Shown here: in pieces, positions 38,201-50,710 of the stretch | How the letters are laid out: each line of letters begins with the position of its first letter | How positions within the stretch are numbered: position 1 is the stretch's first letter | Origin: Macrostomum hystrix | Lineage: Eukaryota; Animalia; Platyhelminthes | NCBI GenBank assembly: GCA_950097015.1 | Contig: CATNEN010000039.1 | Coordinates: forward strand, 13,268,001 to 13,332,000 | Length of the DNA stretch: 64,000 bases | Direction: 5' to 3' | Notes under the pieces: model-generated | Told to the model about the DNA's origin: nothing | What the model saw: the letters and a program-made list of their open reading frames with translations, nothing else | The model's database searches: none | Program-made: the position numbers and the translations under genes

Positions 38201-41200
38201 TGTCTAACAGGTGATCAGTGTCTAACAGGTGATCAGTGTCTAACAAGTGATCAGTGTCTAACAGGTGATCAGTGTCTAACAGGTGATCAATATCTAACAG
38301 GTGATCAGCGTCTAACAGGTGATCAGTGCCTAACAGGTGATCAGTGTCTAACAAGTGATCAGTGTCTAACAGGTGATCAGTGTCTAACAAGTGATCAGTG
38401 TCTAACAGGTGATCAGTGTCTAACAAGTGATCAGTGTCTAACAGGTGATCAGTGTCTAACAGGTGATCAATATCTAACAGGTGATCAGCGTCTAACAGGT
38501 GATCAGTGCCTAACAGGTGATCAGTGTCTAACAGGTGATCAATGTCTAACAGGTGATCAGTGTCTAACAGGTGATCAGTGTCTAACAGGTGATCAGTGTC
38601 TAACAGGTGATCAGTGTCTAACAGGTGATCAGTGTCTAACAGGTGATCAGTGTCTAACAGGTGATCAGTGTCTAAAAGGTGATCAGTGTCTTACAGGTGA
38701 TCGATCAGTGTCTAACAGGTGATCATTGTCTAACAGGTGATCAGTGTCTAACAGGTGATCAATGTCTAACAGGTGATCTATATCTAACAGGTGATCAGTG
38801 TCTAACAGGTGATCAATGTCTAACAGGTGATCAGTGTCTAACAGGTGATCAGTGTCTAAAAGGTGATCAGTGTCTTACAGCTGATCGATCAGTGTCTAAC
38901 AGGTGATCATTGTCTAACAGGTGATCAGTTTCTAACAGGTGATCAATGTCAAACAGGTGATCTATATCTAACAGGTGATCAGTGTCTAACAGGTGATCAG
39001 TGCCTAACAGGTGATCAGTGTCTAACAAGTGATCAGTGTCTAACAGGTGATCAGTGTCTAACAAGTGATCAGTGTCTAACAGGTGATCAGTGTCTAACAG
39101 GTGATCAGTGCCTAACAGGTGATCAGTGTCTAACAGGTGATCAATATCTAACAGGTGATCAGTGTCTAACAGGTGATCAGTGCCTAACAGGTGATCAGTG
39201 TCTAACAGGTGATCAATGTCTAACAGGTGATCAGTGTCTAACAGGTGATCAGTGTCTAACAGGTGATCAGTGTCTAACAGGTGATCAGTGTCTAACCGGT
39301 GATCAGTGTCTAACAGGTGATCATTGTCTAACAGGTGATCAGTGTCTAACAGATGATCAATGTCTAACAGGTGATCAGTGTCTAACAGGTGATCAGTTTC
39401 TAACAGGTCATCAGTGTCTAACAGGTGATCAGTGTCTAACAGATGATCAATATCTAACAGGTGATCAGTGTCTAACAGATGATCAGTGTCTAACAGGTGA
39501 TTAGTGTCTAACAGGTGATTAGTGTCTAACAGGTGATCAATGTCTAACAGGTGATCAGTGTCTAACAGATGATCAATGTCTAACAGGTGATTAATGTCTA
39601 ACAGGTGATCAGTATCTAAAAGGTGATCAGTGTCTAACAGATGATCAATGTCTAACAGGTGATCAGTGTCTAACAGGTGATCAGTGTCTAACAATTGTGA
39701 TCAGTGTCTAACAGGTGATCGATCAGTGACTAACAGGTGATCAGTGTCTAACAGGTGATCAGTGTCTAACAGGTGATCAGTGTCTATAAGTTCTAATAGT
39801 TCTATAGTGTCACCTGTCAAACAGATGATCAATGTCTAACAGGTGATCAGTGTCTAACAGGTGATCAGTGTCTAACAGGTGATCAGTGTCTAACAGGTGA
39901 TCAATGTCTAACAGGTGATCTATATCTAACAGGTGATCAGTGTCTAACAGGTGATCAATGTCTAACCGGTGATCTATATCTAACAGGTGAACAGTGTCTA
40001 ACAAGTGATCAGTGTCTAACAGGTGATCAATATCTAACAGGTGATTAGTGCCTAACAGGTGATCAATGTCTAATAGGTGATCAGTGTCTAACTGGTGATC
40101 AGTGTCTAACAGGTGATCAATGTCTAACAGGTGACCTATATCTAACAGGTGATCAGTGTCTAACAGGTGATCAATGTCTAACAGGTGATCTATATCTAAC
40201 AGGTGATCAGTGTCTAACAAGTGATTAGTGTCTAACAGGTGATCAATATCTAACAGGTGATCAGTGTCTAACAGGTGATCAATGTCTAACACGTTGCGTT
40301 TGTCTAACAGGTGATCAGTGTCTAACAGGTGATCAATGTCTAACACGTTGCGTCTGTCTAACAGGTGATCAGTGTCTAACACGTTGCGTCTGTCTAACAG
40401 GTGATCAGTGCCTTACACGTTGTGTCTGTCTAACAGGTGATCAGTGTCTAACACGTTGCGTCTGTCTAACAGGTGATCAGTGCCTTACACGTTGTGTCTG
40501 TCTAACAGGTGATCAGTGTCTAACACGTTGCGTCTGTCTAACAGGTGATCAGTGTCTAACAGGTAATCAGTGTCTAACAGGTGATCAGTGTCTAACATGT
40601 GATCAATGTCTTACAGGTGATCAATGTCTAAAAGGTGATCAATGTCTAACAGGTAATCATTGTCTAAGGGGTGATCAATATATCCAGCAGGTCATTAATG
40701 TCTAACAGGTGATCAGTGTCTAACAGGTGATCAGTGTCTAACAGGTCATCAGTGTCTAACAGTTGATCAGTGTCTAACAGATGATCAATGTCTAACAGGT
40801 GATTAATGTCTAACAGGTGATCAGTATCTAAAAGGTGATCAGTGTCTAACAGGTAATTAATGTCTAACAGGTGATCAGTGTCTAACAGATGATCAATGTC
40901 TAACAGGTGATCAGTGTCTAACAGGTGATCAGTGTCTAACAATTGTGATCAGTGTCTAACAGGTGATCGATCAGTGACTAACAGGTGATCAGTGTCTAAC
41001 AGGTGATCAGTGTCTAACAGGTGATCAGTGTCTATAAGTTCTAATAGTTCTATAGTGTCACCTGTCAAACAGATGATCAATGTCTAACAGGTGATCAGTG
41101 TCTAACAGGTGATCAGTGTCTAACAGGTGATCAGTGTCTAACAGGTGATCAATGTCTAACAGGTGATCTATATCTAACAGGTGATCAGTGTCTAACAGGT

Positions 41201-44200
41201 GATCAATGTCTAACAGGTGATCTATATCTAACAGGTGATCAGTGTCTAACAAGTGATCAGTGTCTAACAGGTGATCAATATCTAACAGGTGATTAGTGCC
41301 TAACAGGTGATCAGTGTCTAACAAGTGATCAGTGTCTAACAAGTGATCAGTGTCTAACAGGTGATCAGTGTCTAACAGGTGATCAGTGTCTAACAGGTGA
41401 TCAGTGTCTAACAGGTGATCAGTGTCTAACAGGTGATCAGTGTCTAAAAGGTGATCAGTGTCTTACAGGTGATCGATCAGTGTCTAACAGGTGATCATTG
41501 TCTAACAGGTGATCAGTGTCTAACAGGTGATCAATGTCTAACAGGTGATCAGAGTCTAACAGGTGATCAATGTCAAATACGTTGCGTCTGTCTAACAGGT
41601 GATCAGTGCCTAACAGGTGATCAGTGTCTAACAGGTGATCAGTGTCTAACAGGTGATCAGTGTCTAACAGGTGATCATTTTCTAACAGGTGATCAGTGTC
41701 TAACAGATGATCAATGTCTAGCAGGTGATCAGTGTCTAACAGGTGATCAGTTTCTAACAGGTCATCAGTGTCTAACAGGTGATCAATGTCTAACAGATGA
41801 TCAATATCTAACAGGTGATCAGTGTCTAACAGATGATCAGTGTCTAACAGGTGATTAGTGTCTAACAGGTGATCAGTGTCTAACAGGTGATCAGTGTCTA
41901 ACAAGTGATCAGTGTCTAACAGGTGATCAGTGTCTAACAGGTGATCAATATCTAACAGGTGATCAGCGTCTAACAGGTGATCAGTGCCTAACAGGTGATC
42001 AGTGTCTAACAAGTGATCAGTGTCTAACAGGTGATCAGTGTCTAACAAGTGATCAGTGTCTAACAGGTGATCAGTGTCTAACAGGTGATCAATATCTAAC
42101 AGGTGATCAGCGTCTAACAGGTGATCAGTGCCTAACAGGTGATCAGTGTCTAACAGGTGATCAATGTCTAACAGGTGATCAGTGTCTAACAGGTGATCAG
42201 TGTCTAACAGGTGATCAGTGTCTAACAGGTGATCAGTGTCTAACAGGTGATCAGTGTCTAACAGGTGATCAGTGTCTAACAGGTGATCAGTGTCTAAAAG
42301 GTGATCAGTGTCTTACAGGTGATCGATCAGTGTCTAACAGGTGATCATTGTCTAACAGGTGATCAGTGTCTAACAGGTGATCAATGTCTAACAGGTGATC
42401 TATATCTAACAGGTGATCAGTGTCTAACAAGTGATCAGTGTCTAACAGGTGATCAGTGTCTAACAGGTGATCAGTGCCTAACAGGTGATCAGTGTCTAAC
42501 AGGTGATCAATATCTAACAGGTGATCAGCGTCTAACAGGTGATCAGTGCCTAACAGGTGATCAGTGTCTAACAGGTGATCAATGTCTAACAGGTGATCAG
42601 TGTCTAACAGGTGATCAGTGTCTAACAGGTGATCAGTGTCTAACAGGTGATCAGTGTCTAACCGGTGATCAGTGTCTAACAGGTGATCAGTGTCTAACAG
42701 GTGATCAGTGTCTAAAAGGTGATCAGTGTCTTACAGGTGATCGATCAGTGTCTAACAGGTGATCATTGTCTAACAGGTGATCAGTGTCTAACAGGTGATC
42801 AATGTCTAACAGGTGATCAGAGTCTAACAGGTGATCAATGTCAAATACGTTGCGTCTGTCTAACAGGTGATCAGTGTCTAACAGGTGATCAGTGTCTAAC
42901 AGGTGATCAGTGTCTAACAGGTGATCAGTGTCTAACAGGTGATCATTGTCTAACAGGTGATCAGTGTCTAACAGATGATCAATGTCTAACAGGTGATCAG
43001 TGTCTAACAGGTGATCAATTTCTAACAGGTCATCAGTGTCTAACAGGTGATCAGTGTCTAACAGATGATCAATATCTAACAGGTGATCAGTGTCTAACAG
43101 ATGATCAGTGTCTAACAGGTGATTAGTGTCTAACAGGTGATTAGTGTCTAACAGGTGATCAATGTCTAACAGGTGATCAGTGTCTAACAGATGATCAATG
43201 TCTAACAGGTGATTAATGTCTAACAGGTGATCAGTATCTAAAAGGTGATCAGTGTCTAACAGATGATCAATGTCTAACAGGTGATCAGTGTCTAACAGGT
43301 GATCAGTGTCTAACAATTGTGATCAGTGTCTAACAGGTGATCGATCAGTGACTAACAGGTGATCAGTGTCTAACAGGTGATCAGTGTCTAACAGGTGATC
43401 AGTGTCTATAAGTTCTAATAGTTCTATAGTGTCACCTGTCAAACAGATGATCAATGTCTAACAGGTGATCAGTGTCTAACAGGTGATCAGTGTCTAACAG
43501 GTGATCAGTGTCTAACAGGTGATCAATGTCTAACAGGTGATCTATATCTAACAGGTGATCAGTGTCTAACAGGTGATCAATGTCTAACAGGTGATCTATA
43601 TCTAACAGGTGAACAGTGTCTAACAAGTGATCAGTGTCTAACAGGTGATCAATATCTAACAGGTGATTAGTGCCTAACAGGTGATCAATGTCTAATAGGT
43701 GATCAGTGTCTAACTGGTGATCAGTGTCTAATAGGTGATCAATGTCTAACAGGTGACCTATATCTAACAGGTGATCAGTGTCTAACAGGTGATCAATGTC
43801 TAACAGGTGATCTATATCTAACAGGTGATCAGTGTCTAACAAGTGATTAGTGTCTAACAGGTGATCAATATCTAACAGGTGATCAGTGTCTAACAGGTGA
43901 TCAATGTCTAACACGTTGCGTCTGTCTAACAGGTGATCAGTGTCTAACAGGTGATCAATGTCTAACACGTTGCGTCTGTCTAACAGGTGATCAGTGTCTA
44001 ACACGTTGCGTCTGTCTAACAGGTGATCAGTGCCTTACACGTTGTGTCTGTCTAACAGGTGATCAGTGTCTAACACGTTGCGTCTGTCTAACAGGTGATC
44101 AGTGCCTTACACGTTGTGTCTGTCTAACAGGTGATCAGTGTCTAACACGTTGCGTCTGTCTAACAGGTGATCAGTGTCTAACAGGTAATCAGTGTCTAAC

Positions 44201-44530
44201 AGGTGATCAGTGTCTAACATGTGATCAATGTCTTACAGGTGATCAATGTCTAAAAGGTGATCAATGTCTAACAGGTAATCATTGTCTAAGGGGTGATCAA
44301 TATATCCAGCAGGTCATTAATGTCTAACAGGTGATCAGTGTCTAACAGGTGATCAGTGTCTAACAGGTCATCAGTGTCTAACAGTTGATCAGTGTCTAAC
44401 AGGTGATCAGTGTCTAACAGGTCATCAGTGTCTAACAGGTGATCAGTGTCTAACAGATGATCAATATCTAACAGGTGATCAGTGTCTAACAGGTGATTAA
44501 TGTCTAACAGGTGAACAATATCTAACAGGT
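17220..44530. repeat. 18-bp satellite, 27.3-kb array (about 1500 monomers) with higher-order structure
   Basis: Same monomer and same unique flanks as the 1-kb arrays. Variant patterns recur at 1866, 2158, 5580 and 8550 bp. Confidence 0.98.
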
Positions 44531-45001
44531 TGTAGCCTAACAAACAATTAAATTGTCAACAAAGGTTTACAAAGCAATAATTTTCCAACAATTGCACTTT
44601 AATCATCTAAGCTTAACGTGTACTTGTTTGTTTTTTCAAAACAAGAGAAAAAATGTGTTTACGTTATGAAAACGTTTTGAAAACTAAAGAAGCGTGTAAT
44701 GTTAACAATTGAAAATACATAGGCAACATATTCTGATGTTGGACAATAATACTATAAATTAATAGAATTTTTTGAGAACCTTAAAACCCTTTTGTACAAT
44801 CGATACTATACAAAAGTGGAAGCAGATTAAAAATTATTTAACAAAAAATTGAATACTTTTGTGAAGCATATATTGCAAAGCAACAAGTTCTAAAATGATA
44901 AATAAATAAGGAAGCGAATCCGCATATACTACTGACCAAACTGACCAAGAAACTTTCTTGTAAACTTGTAAACTTACATTGCACGATCTGGTCCATTAGT
45001 G

Positions 45002-45190
45002 TCAAAGATTGTACATGTATTGCGCAATCACTACAAACACCAGTGAAAGAAAAAAATAAACATTTAGCTGCAAATGAAAGATGAGAACTGATAATATTGT
45101 TGTGAGTACCATAGCAGACGACACTAGAAATAATTTACTGATGTTGGAGGCGAACTTCATGATAACACCCATGATCATACCGCCGATGGC
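45002..45190 (-). pseudogene. Orphan duplicate of the SLC35A4 last coding exon (unit 2)
   Basis: Near-identical to 60463-60651. No upstream exons in this unit. Confidence 0.9.
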
Positions 45191-45233
45191 CTGTGAAACG
45201 GCGAATGCAATGATTAATTAGCGAAATTGACTA

Positions 45234-46559
45234 TAATCTACCAGATTTATCTACTAGAATCTAACAGATTCATCTACTAGAATCTACTAGTATTATCTAC
45301 TAGAATCTAACAGATTCATCTACTAGAATCTACTAGGATTATCTACTAGAATCTACTAGGATTATCTACTAGAATCTACCTATCTACTTCTATTATTTAT
45401 TATCTATTATTTATTATTTATTTACTAGAATCTATCCGATTTTTCTACTAGAATCTACCAGATTTATTTACTAGAATCTACCAGCATTATCTACTAGAAT
45501 CTACGAGATTAATCTACTGGAATCTACCAGCATTATCTACTAGAATCTACCAGATTTATTTACTAGAATCTACCAGATTTATCTACTAGAGTCTACCAGC
45601 ATTATGTACTAGAATCTACCAGATTTGTCTACTAGAGTCTACCAGCATTATGTACTAGAATCTACCAGATTTGTCTACTAGAGTCTACCAGCATTATGTA
45701 CTTGAATCTACCAGATTTGTCTACTAGAGTCTACCAGCATTATGTACTAGAATCTACGAGATTAATCTACTAGAATCTACCAGCATTATCTACTATAATC
45801 TACCAGATATATTTACTAGAATCTACCAGATTTATCTACTAGAGTCTACCAGATTTGTCTACTAGAGTCTACCAGCATTATGTACTAGAATCTACGAGAT
45901 TAATCTACTAGAATCTACCAGCATTATCTACTAGAATCTACCAGATTTATTTACTAGAATCTACCAGATTCATCTACTAGAATCTACCAGATTTGTCTAC
46001 TAGAGTCTACCAGCATTATGTACTAGAATCTACGAGATTAATCTACTAGAATCTACCAGCATTATCTACTAGAATCTACCAGATTTATTTACTAGAATCT
46101 ACCAGATTCATCTACTAGAATCTACCAGATTTGTCTACTAGAGTCTACCAGCATTATGTACTAGAATCTACGAGATTTATCTACTAGAATCTACCAGATT
46201 TATTTACTAGAATCTACCAGATTTATCTACTAGAGTCTACCAGCATTATGTACTAGAATCTACCAGATTTGTCTACTAGAGTCTACTAGCATTATGTACT
46301 AGAATCTACCAGATTTGTCTACTAGAATCTTCCAGATATATCTACTAGAATCTACCAGATTTATCAACTAGAATCTACCAGCATTATCTACTAGAGTCTA
46401 CCAGATTTATCTACTAGAATCTACCAGCATTGTCTACTAGAATCTACCAGATTTATTTACTAGAATCTAACAGATTTATCTACTAGAGTCTACCAGCATT
46501 ATGTACTAGAATCTACCAGATTTATCTACTAGAATCTACCAGATTTATCTACTAGAATC
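45234..46559. repeat. 23-bp minisatellite, unit 2
   Basis: Direct reading. Confidence 0.95.
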
Positions 46560-47024
46560 AACTTCGAAATGCTCAGATTCTGGCATTTCGACTTTGCTAT
46601 ATTCGAAATTGATTCAATAATACTCGCAGATGTTGTATTTTAAATTAATATTCTGCTTCCTGGAAATCGATACAATTTTGGAGTAATTTTATGGTATGTA
46701 GCTTAAACGGTGTGCTATTCACTCAATCGTGAATAATAATTCGGCATGTTCACATGTAGTGCAATTGACACAAGCGAGCCCCAACGCCGAGCACAGCTCA
46801 GCGTGTATTTAGCGCTAACAAATATACGGGCACGCTCTAAGTCTCACAAGACCTTTGAGGACTGTAACATTTGTGGGCAATAACAGCAGTCTATGGTAAC
46901 AAGACAATAAGCGCACATCACCGAGCATAGCTACCTACATGCATACGAATAGCTAAAAAACAATTAGCTAACAAATATCTTACACACACACTCAGCATTT
47001 GGCCAGTCAGGAGAGACGGAGTCG

Positions 47025-47058
47025 GTCACGTGATCAGCCCCGAACGGAAATATAAATA
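47025..47058 (+). promoter_or_regulatory. Core promoter of copy 2 (E-box, ETS-like, TATA)
   Basis: Same motifs as copy 1. Confidence 0.55.
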
Positions 47059-47220
47059 TCGACGCCGGTTAGCCTGCTAAATCACGCGCCTGCTGTGGGA
47101 ATCCTTCTTCAGGACAGAGCAACGCCCAATTCTTATTATTTTGCTTCAGACGCTCAAGACTTTTAGTTGCTTTCAGACCAGACCTGTCAGCAGCGGAGAA
47201 ACAGACAACAGGCAAAGAAT

Positions 47221-47814
47221 ATGAACAGTTTCACAACAGTTCTGCTGCTGCTGCTACTTGCACTGTCGATTTCAACCACTGGTAAGTTGAAGCCAAGCTC
47301 TTATATTGTCTTATTGAAAGTCTCGCAATAGACAGGAGAAGAAAAAAGACACTAATTATTTTTATCTCCAGATGCAGCAACTATCTCCTCAGGTCAGCGT
47401 CGCCTAGTTCGCAGATCTAACGTAAACGCTGCTGACTACGATCCGAGCCTCACAAAGTTTACTGACGACTGTCCGAATGGCTACATTGCCTATCTGAAGT
47501 TTAACGCCAGTAAGTCCTCTGGAAGAATTTGGATCAATCACATATACTGTTTCGCCAATCGATTTCCTAATTCAATTCCAGCAACTGGCCTATTCGGCTG
47601 CGCCATCAGAACGCCGGAGATTTGCTTCGTGTTGTGCGAGATGATGCGCAGCGACAACTGGGATCCCACTAACGTGGTGTCCATTCTGGATAACAGAGAA
47701 TTCGACGGCTGGTACTGTAGGGCCCTGCCTCAATACGCCACCAGACCGTGCTTCTACAAGTCCAAGTACGAGACTCTGCTTGATGTGAGGCAGATGTACA
47801 CAAGAGATCGATAG
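47221..47814 (+). CDS. Secreted Cys-rich preproprotein, copy 2 (exons 47221-47281, 47372-47509, 47582-47814)
   Basis: Colinear with copy 1 at offset 43294. Differs by H61Y and one synonymous GGC>GGT change. Splice sites intact. Confidence 0.85.
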
Positions 47815-48194
47815 ATGTACTACTAGCCAGATTACTGCCAGAACTGTGCGGAACTGTCCGGAGGCTCTGCAGATCGACATTAATAAACAATATTAAAAAT
47901 GCAACTCGTATATGCTTTGCAATGCAGTGAAAATATTATCTCCGATTGCTGGCGTGTGCGTGTGTGTGCTTGAATTCTTTAGGGCCTAAGCATAATCGAT
48001 TAATGTCTTAACTCCAGTGAAATATATGAAATACATAATATTCTAATAACCAAATATAGTTTTGGCAATTCAACAAAATACCCTATGATAGCAGCAATGA
48101 CTGAAAACGCAAGCACTAAAACATGGCCTAAGTAATTGTGACATTTCTTGTGTATTAACTCAAATAGACGATAAATGGCTACAGATATATAGCC

Positions 48195-48427
48195 ATATAG
48201 ACAAATAGATAGATAGATAGATATATAGACAAATAGATAGATAAAAAGATAGATAAATAGTTAGATAGATAGATAAATAGATAGATTCATAGATAGATAG
48301 ATAGATATATAGACAAATAGATAGATAAATAGATAAGTTAGATAGATAGATAGATAGATAAATAGATAAGATAGATAGATAGATAGATGAATAGATAGAT
48401 AGATAGATAGATAGATAGATGGATAGA
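48195..48427. repeat. (GATA)n microsatellite, unit 2
   Basis: Direct reading. Confidence 0.95.
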
Positions 48428-49140
48428 CGAAGGCCTCTCAGAGGTAATCCACGCACACAGTACTAGATGTTTTGAAATGCCGATTTTTTTATATATAGTA
48501 CGATGGACCAAATTTTCGGGCAAAGCTGGGCCTTCTTCGGGTCTGTATATTTAGATAATTCAAACGATATTTGAAAAATATTGTTAAAGCGATCGCTTAT
48601 ATATATGGGAGGTTAAAAACCGTATTGATTTTAAAGTTGGAATTATACATAAAAAATTATAAACGAACACGGGCACGTTAAAAATAAAACTGTCAATGCC
48701 ACGTGCAGTCAGAGTCCTGTCAAAGGTTAAAGCGAATTAATTGTTATTTATGGGGGTAGCTTGGATGGACATAGAATGTCCTTCAGAGAGCGTGAGCGTG
48801 TGTACGCTGCCACTGTGCTCAAGTCACTGGCATGGTCTGCGATGACCGAACGGATTTCGTGTACAATACGTCCAGAGTGGTCCGTATAAGGAATGACGAT
48901 GGGGACGCACGCACTGCGGTTAGTGTCAATGGAGTTCAGGCCAGCTGGGGTCTGAGTTTTCAGGAGATTAATGAGTCTGAGTTCCATTTCTCTTCTCCTG
49001 CGTTGAGTTGCCTCTCTGTGCGTCTCACATTCAGGGCTGAGGTACCAAAGACCCATGAACCGTAAGTCCAGCAGGCTGTGGTCTGTAGAGCGAAAATGTC
49101 TTGAGACCGGGGTATCTTTTGCCAGTCTAATGTCGCTCAG
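48428..49140 (-). mobile_element. 5'-truncated Penelope-like retroelement (C-terminal GIY-YIG endonuclease region plus 3' UTR) in a (GATA)n tract
   Basis: Open frame 49140-48748: LSDIRLAKDTPVSRHFRSTDHSLLDLRFMGL...RRRREMELRLINLLKTQTPAGLN...VPIVIPY...VAAYTRSRSLKDILCPSKL. PV..HF...H, R...E...I..L.T..P.GLN and AY.R..SLKD.L are typical PLE motifs. Flanked on both sides by ATAG repeats. Absent from unit 1. Confidence 0.85.
48506..48543 (-). ncRNA. Minimal hammerhead-like motif, copy with a stem II mismatch
   Basis: Same as 56322-56359 but the 3' arm of stem II reads GCCC instead of GGCC. Confidence 0.5.
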
Positions 49141-49635
49141 ATAGATAGATAGATAGATGGAATCTACATTTCTAATTCATCAGACTACATAAAAATTAGA
49201 ATTATTATATAAATGGATTCTAAGAATCAGTAATACTTAGAAATTAAGCTTGAAGAAAATTCCAAATTTTATTTCGAAGAAATTTTATTGCTCAAAGAGA
49301 TAATTACTTCGAAACTCAAATGTTTTGAAGAAAACTAGATTTCTTGGAAAACGTGCATTTTCTTTAAAGTAACACTTTTTATATTGTTAATCTATCAACT
49401 TTTGAACCGATACGAATTCGCTAATGAGGCTTATATTATATGTCCTTGTCACCAGGGTCTTCGACAAAAAACTGCTGAATATCTCGACATGCTGACTTGG
49501 ACAACTAACAAATTAGTTAATCATAAGGGGCGGATCAGAACTTCAAACAAGCTTTGATTCCGTCAATTATTTCATATTTCAGAGTAGGAAATTTCTTATA
49601 ATATTCCGTCACGGACGTGACGTGTTCTTTGACTT

Positions 49636-50140
49636 GGGATTTGTGAATCAGAATGGGATGCGTGAATCAGAATGGGATCTGTGAATCAGAATGGGATGCG
49701 TGAATCAGAATTGGATGCGTGAATTAGAATGGGATTTGTGAATCAGAATTGGATTTGTGAATCAGAATGGGATTTGTGAATCAGAATGGGATCTGTGAAT
49801 CAGAATGGGATCTGTGAATCAGAATGGGATCTGTGAATCAGAATGGGATCTGTGAATCAGAATTGGATGCGTGAATTAGAATGGGATTTGTGAATCAGAA
49901 TTGGATTTGTGAATCAGAATGGGATGCGTGAATCAGAATGGGATGCGTGAATTGGAATGGGATTTGTGAATCAGAATGGGATTTGTGAATCAGAATGGGA
50001 TCTGTGAATCAGAATGGGATCTGTGAATCAGAATGGGATCTGTGAATCAGAATGGGATCTGTGAATCAGAATGGGATCTAATTAAATCAGAATGGGATCT
50101 GTGCATCAGAATGGGATGCGTGAATCAGAATGGGATCTGT
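49636..50140. repeat. 19-bp minisatellite array
   Basis: Same unit as above. Confidence 0.95.
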
Positions 50141-50710
50141 GGACCGGATTATGATTATGTGTAATTATCTGAGTCTGCAATTAGCCTTACAATGAAATCG
50201 TCTGGGAATTAGATTGCTACCTGAAAACATGTAAGAAGAAAAGTATTTTTATGTACGATATAAGTTCCATTTCGGCGGTTTGCGCACTCGCTACTGTAAG
50301 TAGTGACAAGAAGCTAATGAAAAAATCCAGGTTTTGAATGAAATAAAAGCATGCATAAATATTCATTTTGATATATTTTTCTTTAAAAAACTGATGCTTA
50401 TCGAACAAATGGCAAATAGAGACAAACAAATAAAAACAAGGTTTGATATCTAGGAAGCCACAGCTGAGCATTATGACAGATAAGAGATTAGCGAAAACTA
50501 AATGTTTAATATTCGATTGCCATCTATATAAGGCAGACTTCAACCACAAAAACAAATTGTGCACACAAAGTAGGTCAAAGTTTCGAAAGCAACATATACA
50601 ATAAAAGGGCAAAACAAAATACTATATAACTCTGCTACATTTATAACAAAAAGTCTGTTTATTACTCGATGCAAGCCTAACAGTAAATACACGTCAAATA
50701 TGTGACCAAT

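Larger units (their letters stand above)
15561..49635. other. Segmental duplication unit 2 (satellite-expanded)
   Basis: Same block order. Ends at the junction gactt|gggatttgtgaatc. Confidence 0.9.

Noticed and set aside
17259-44543. Dozens of (LLDTDH)n and (CLTGDQ)n ORFs that look like repeat proteins (antifreeze-like or metal-binding)
   Set aside because: They are a by-product of an 18-bp (3n) monomer that is open on both strands. Frames are repeatedly broken by indels and stops, most starts are non-ATG, there is no signal peptide, and array length varies about 25-fold between paralogues.
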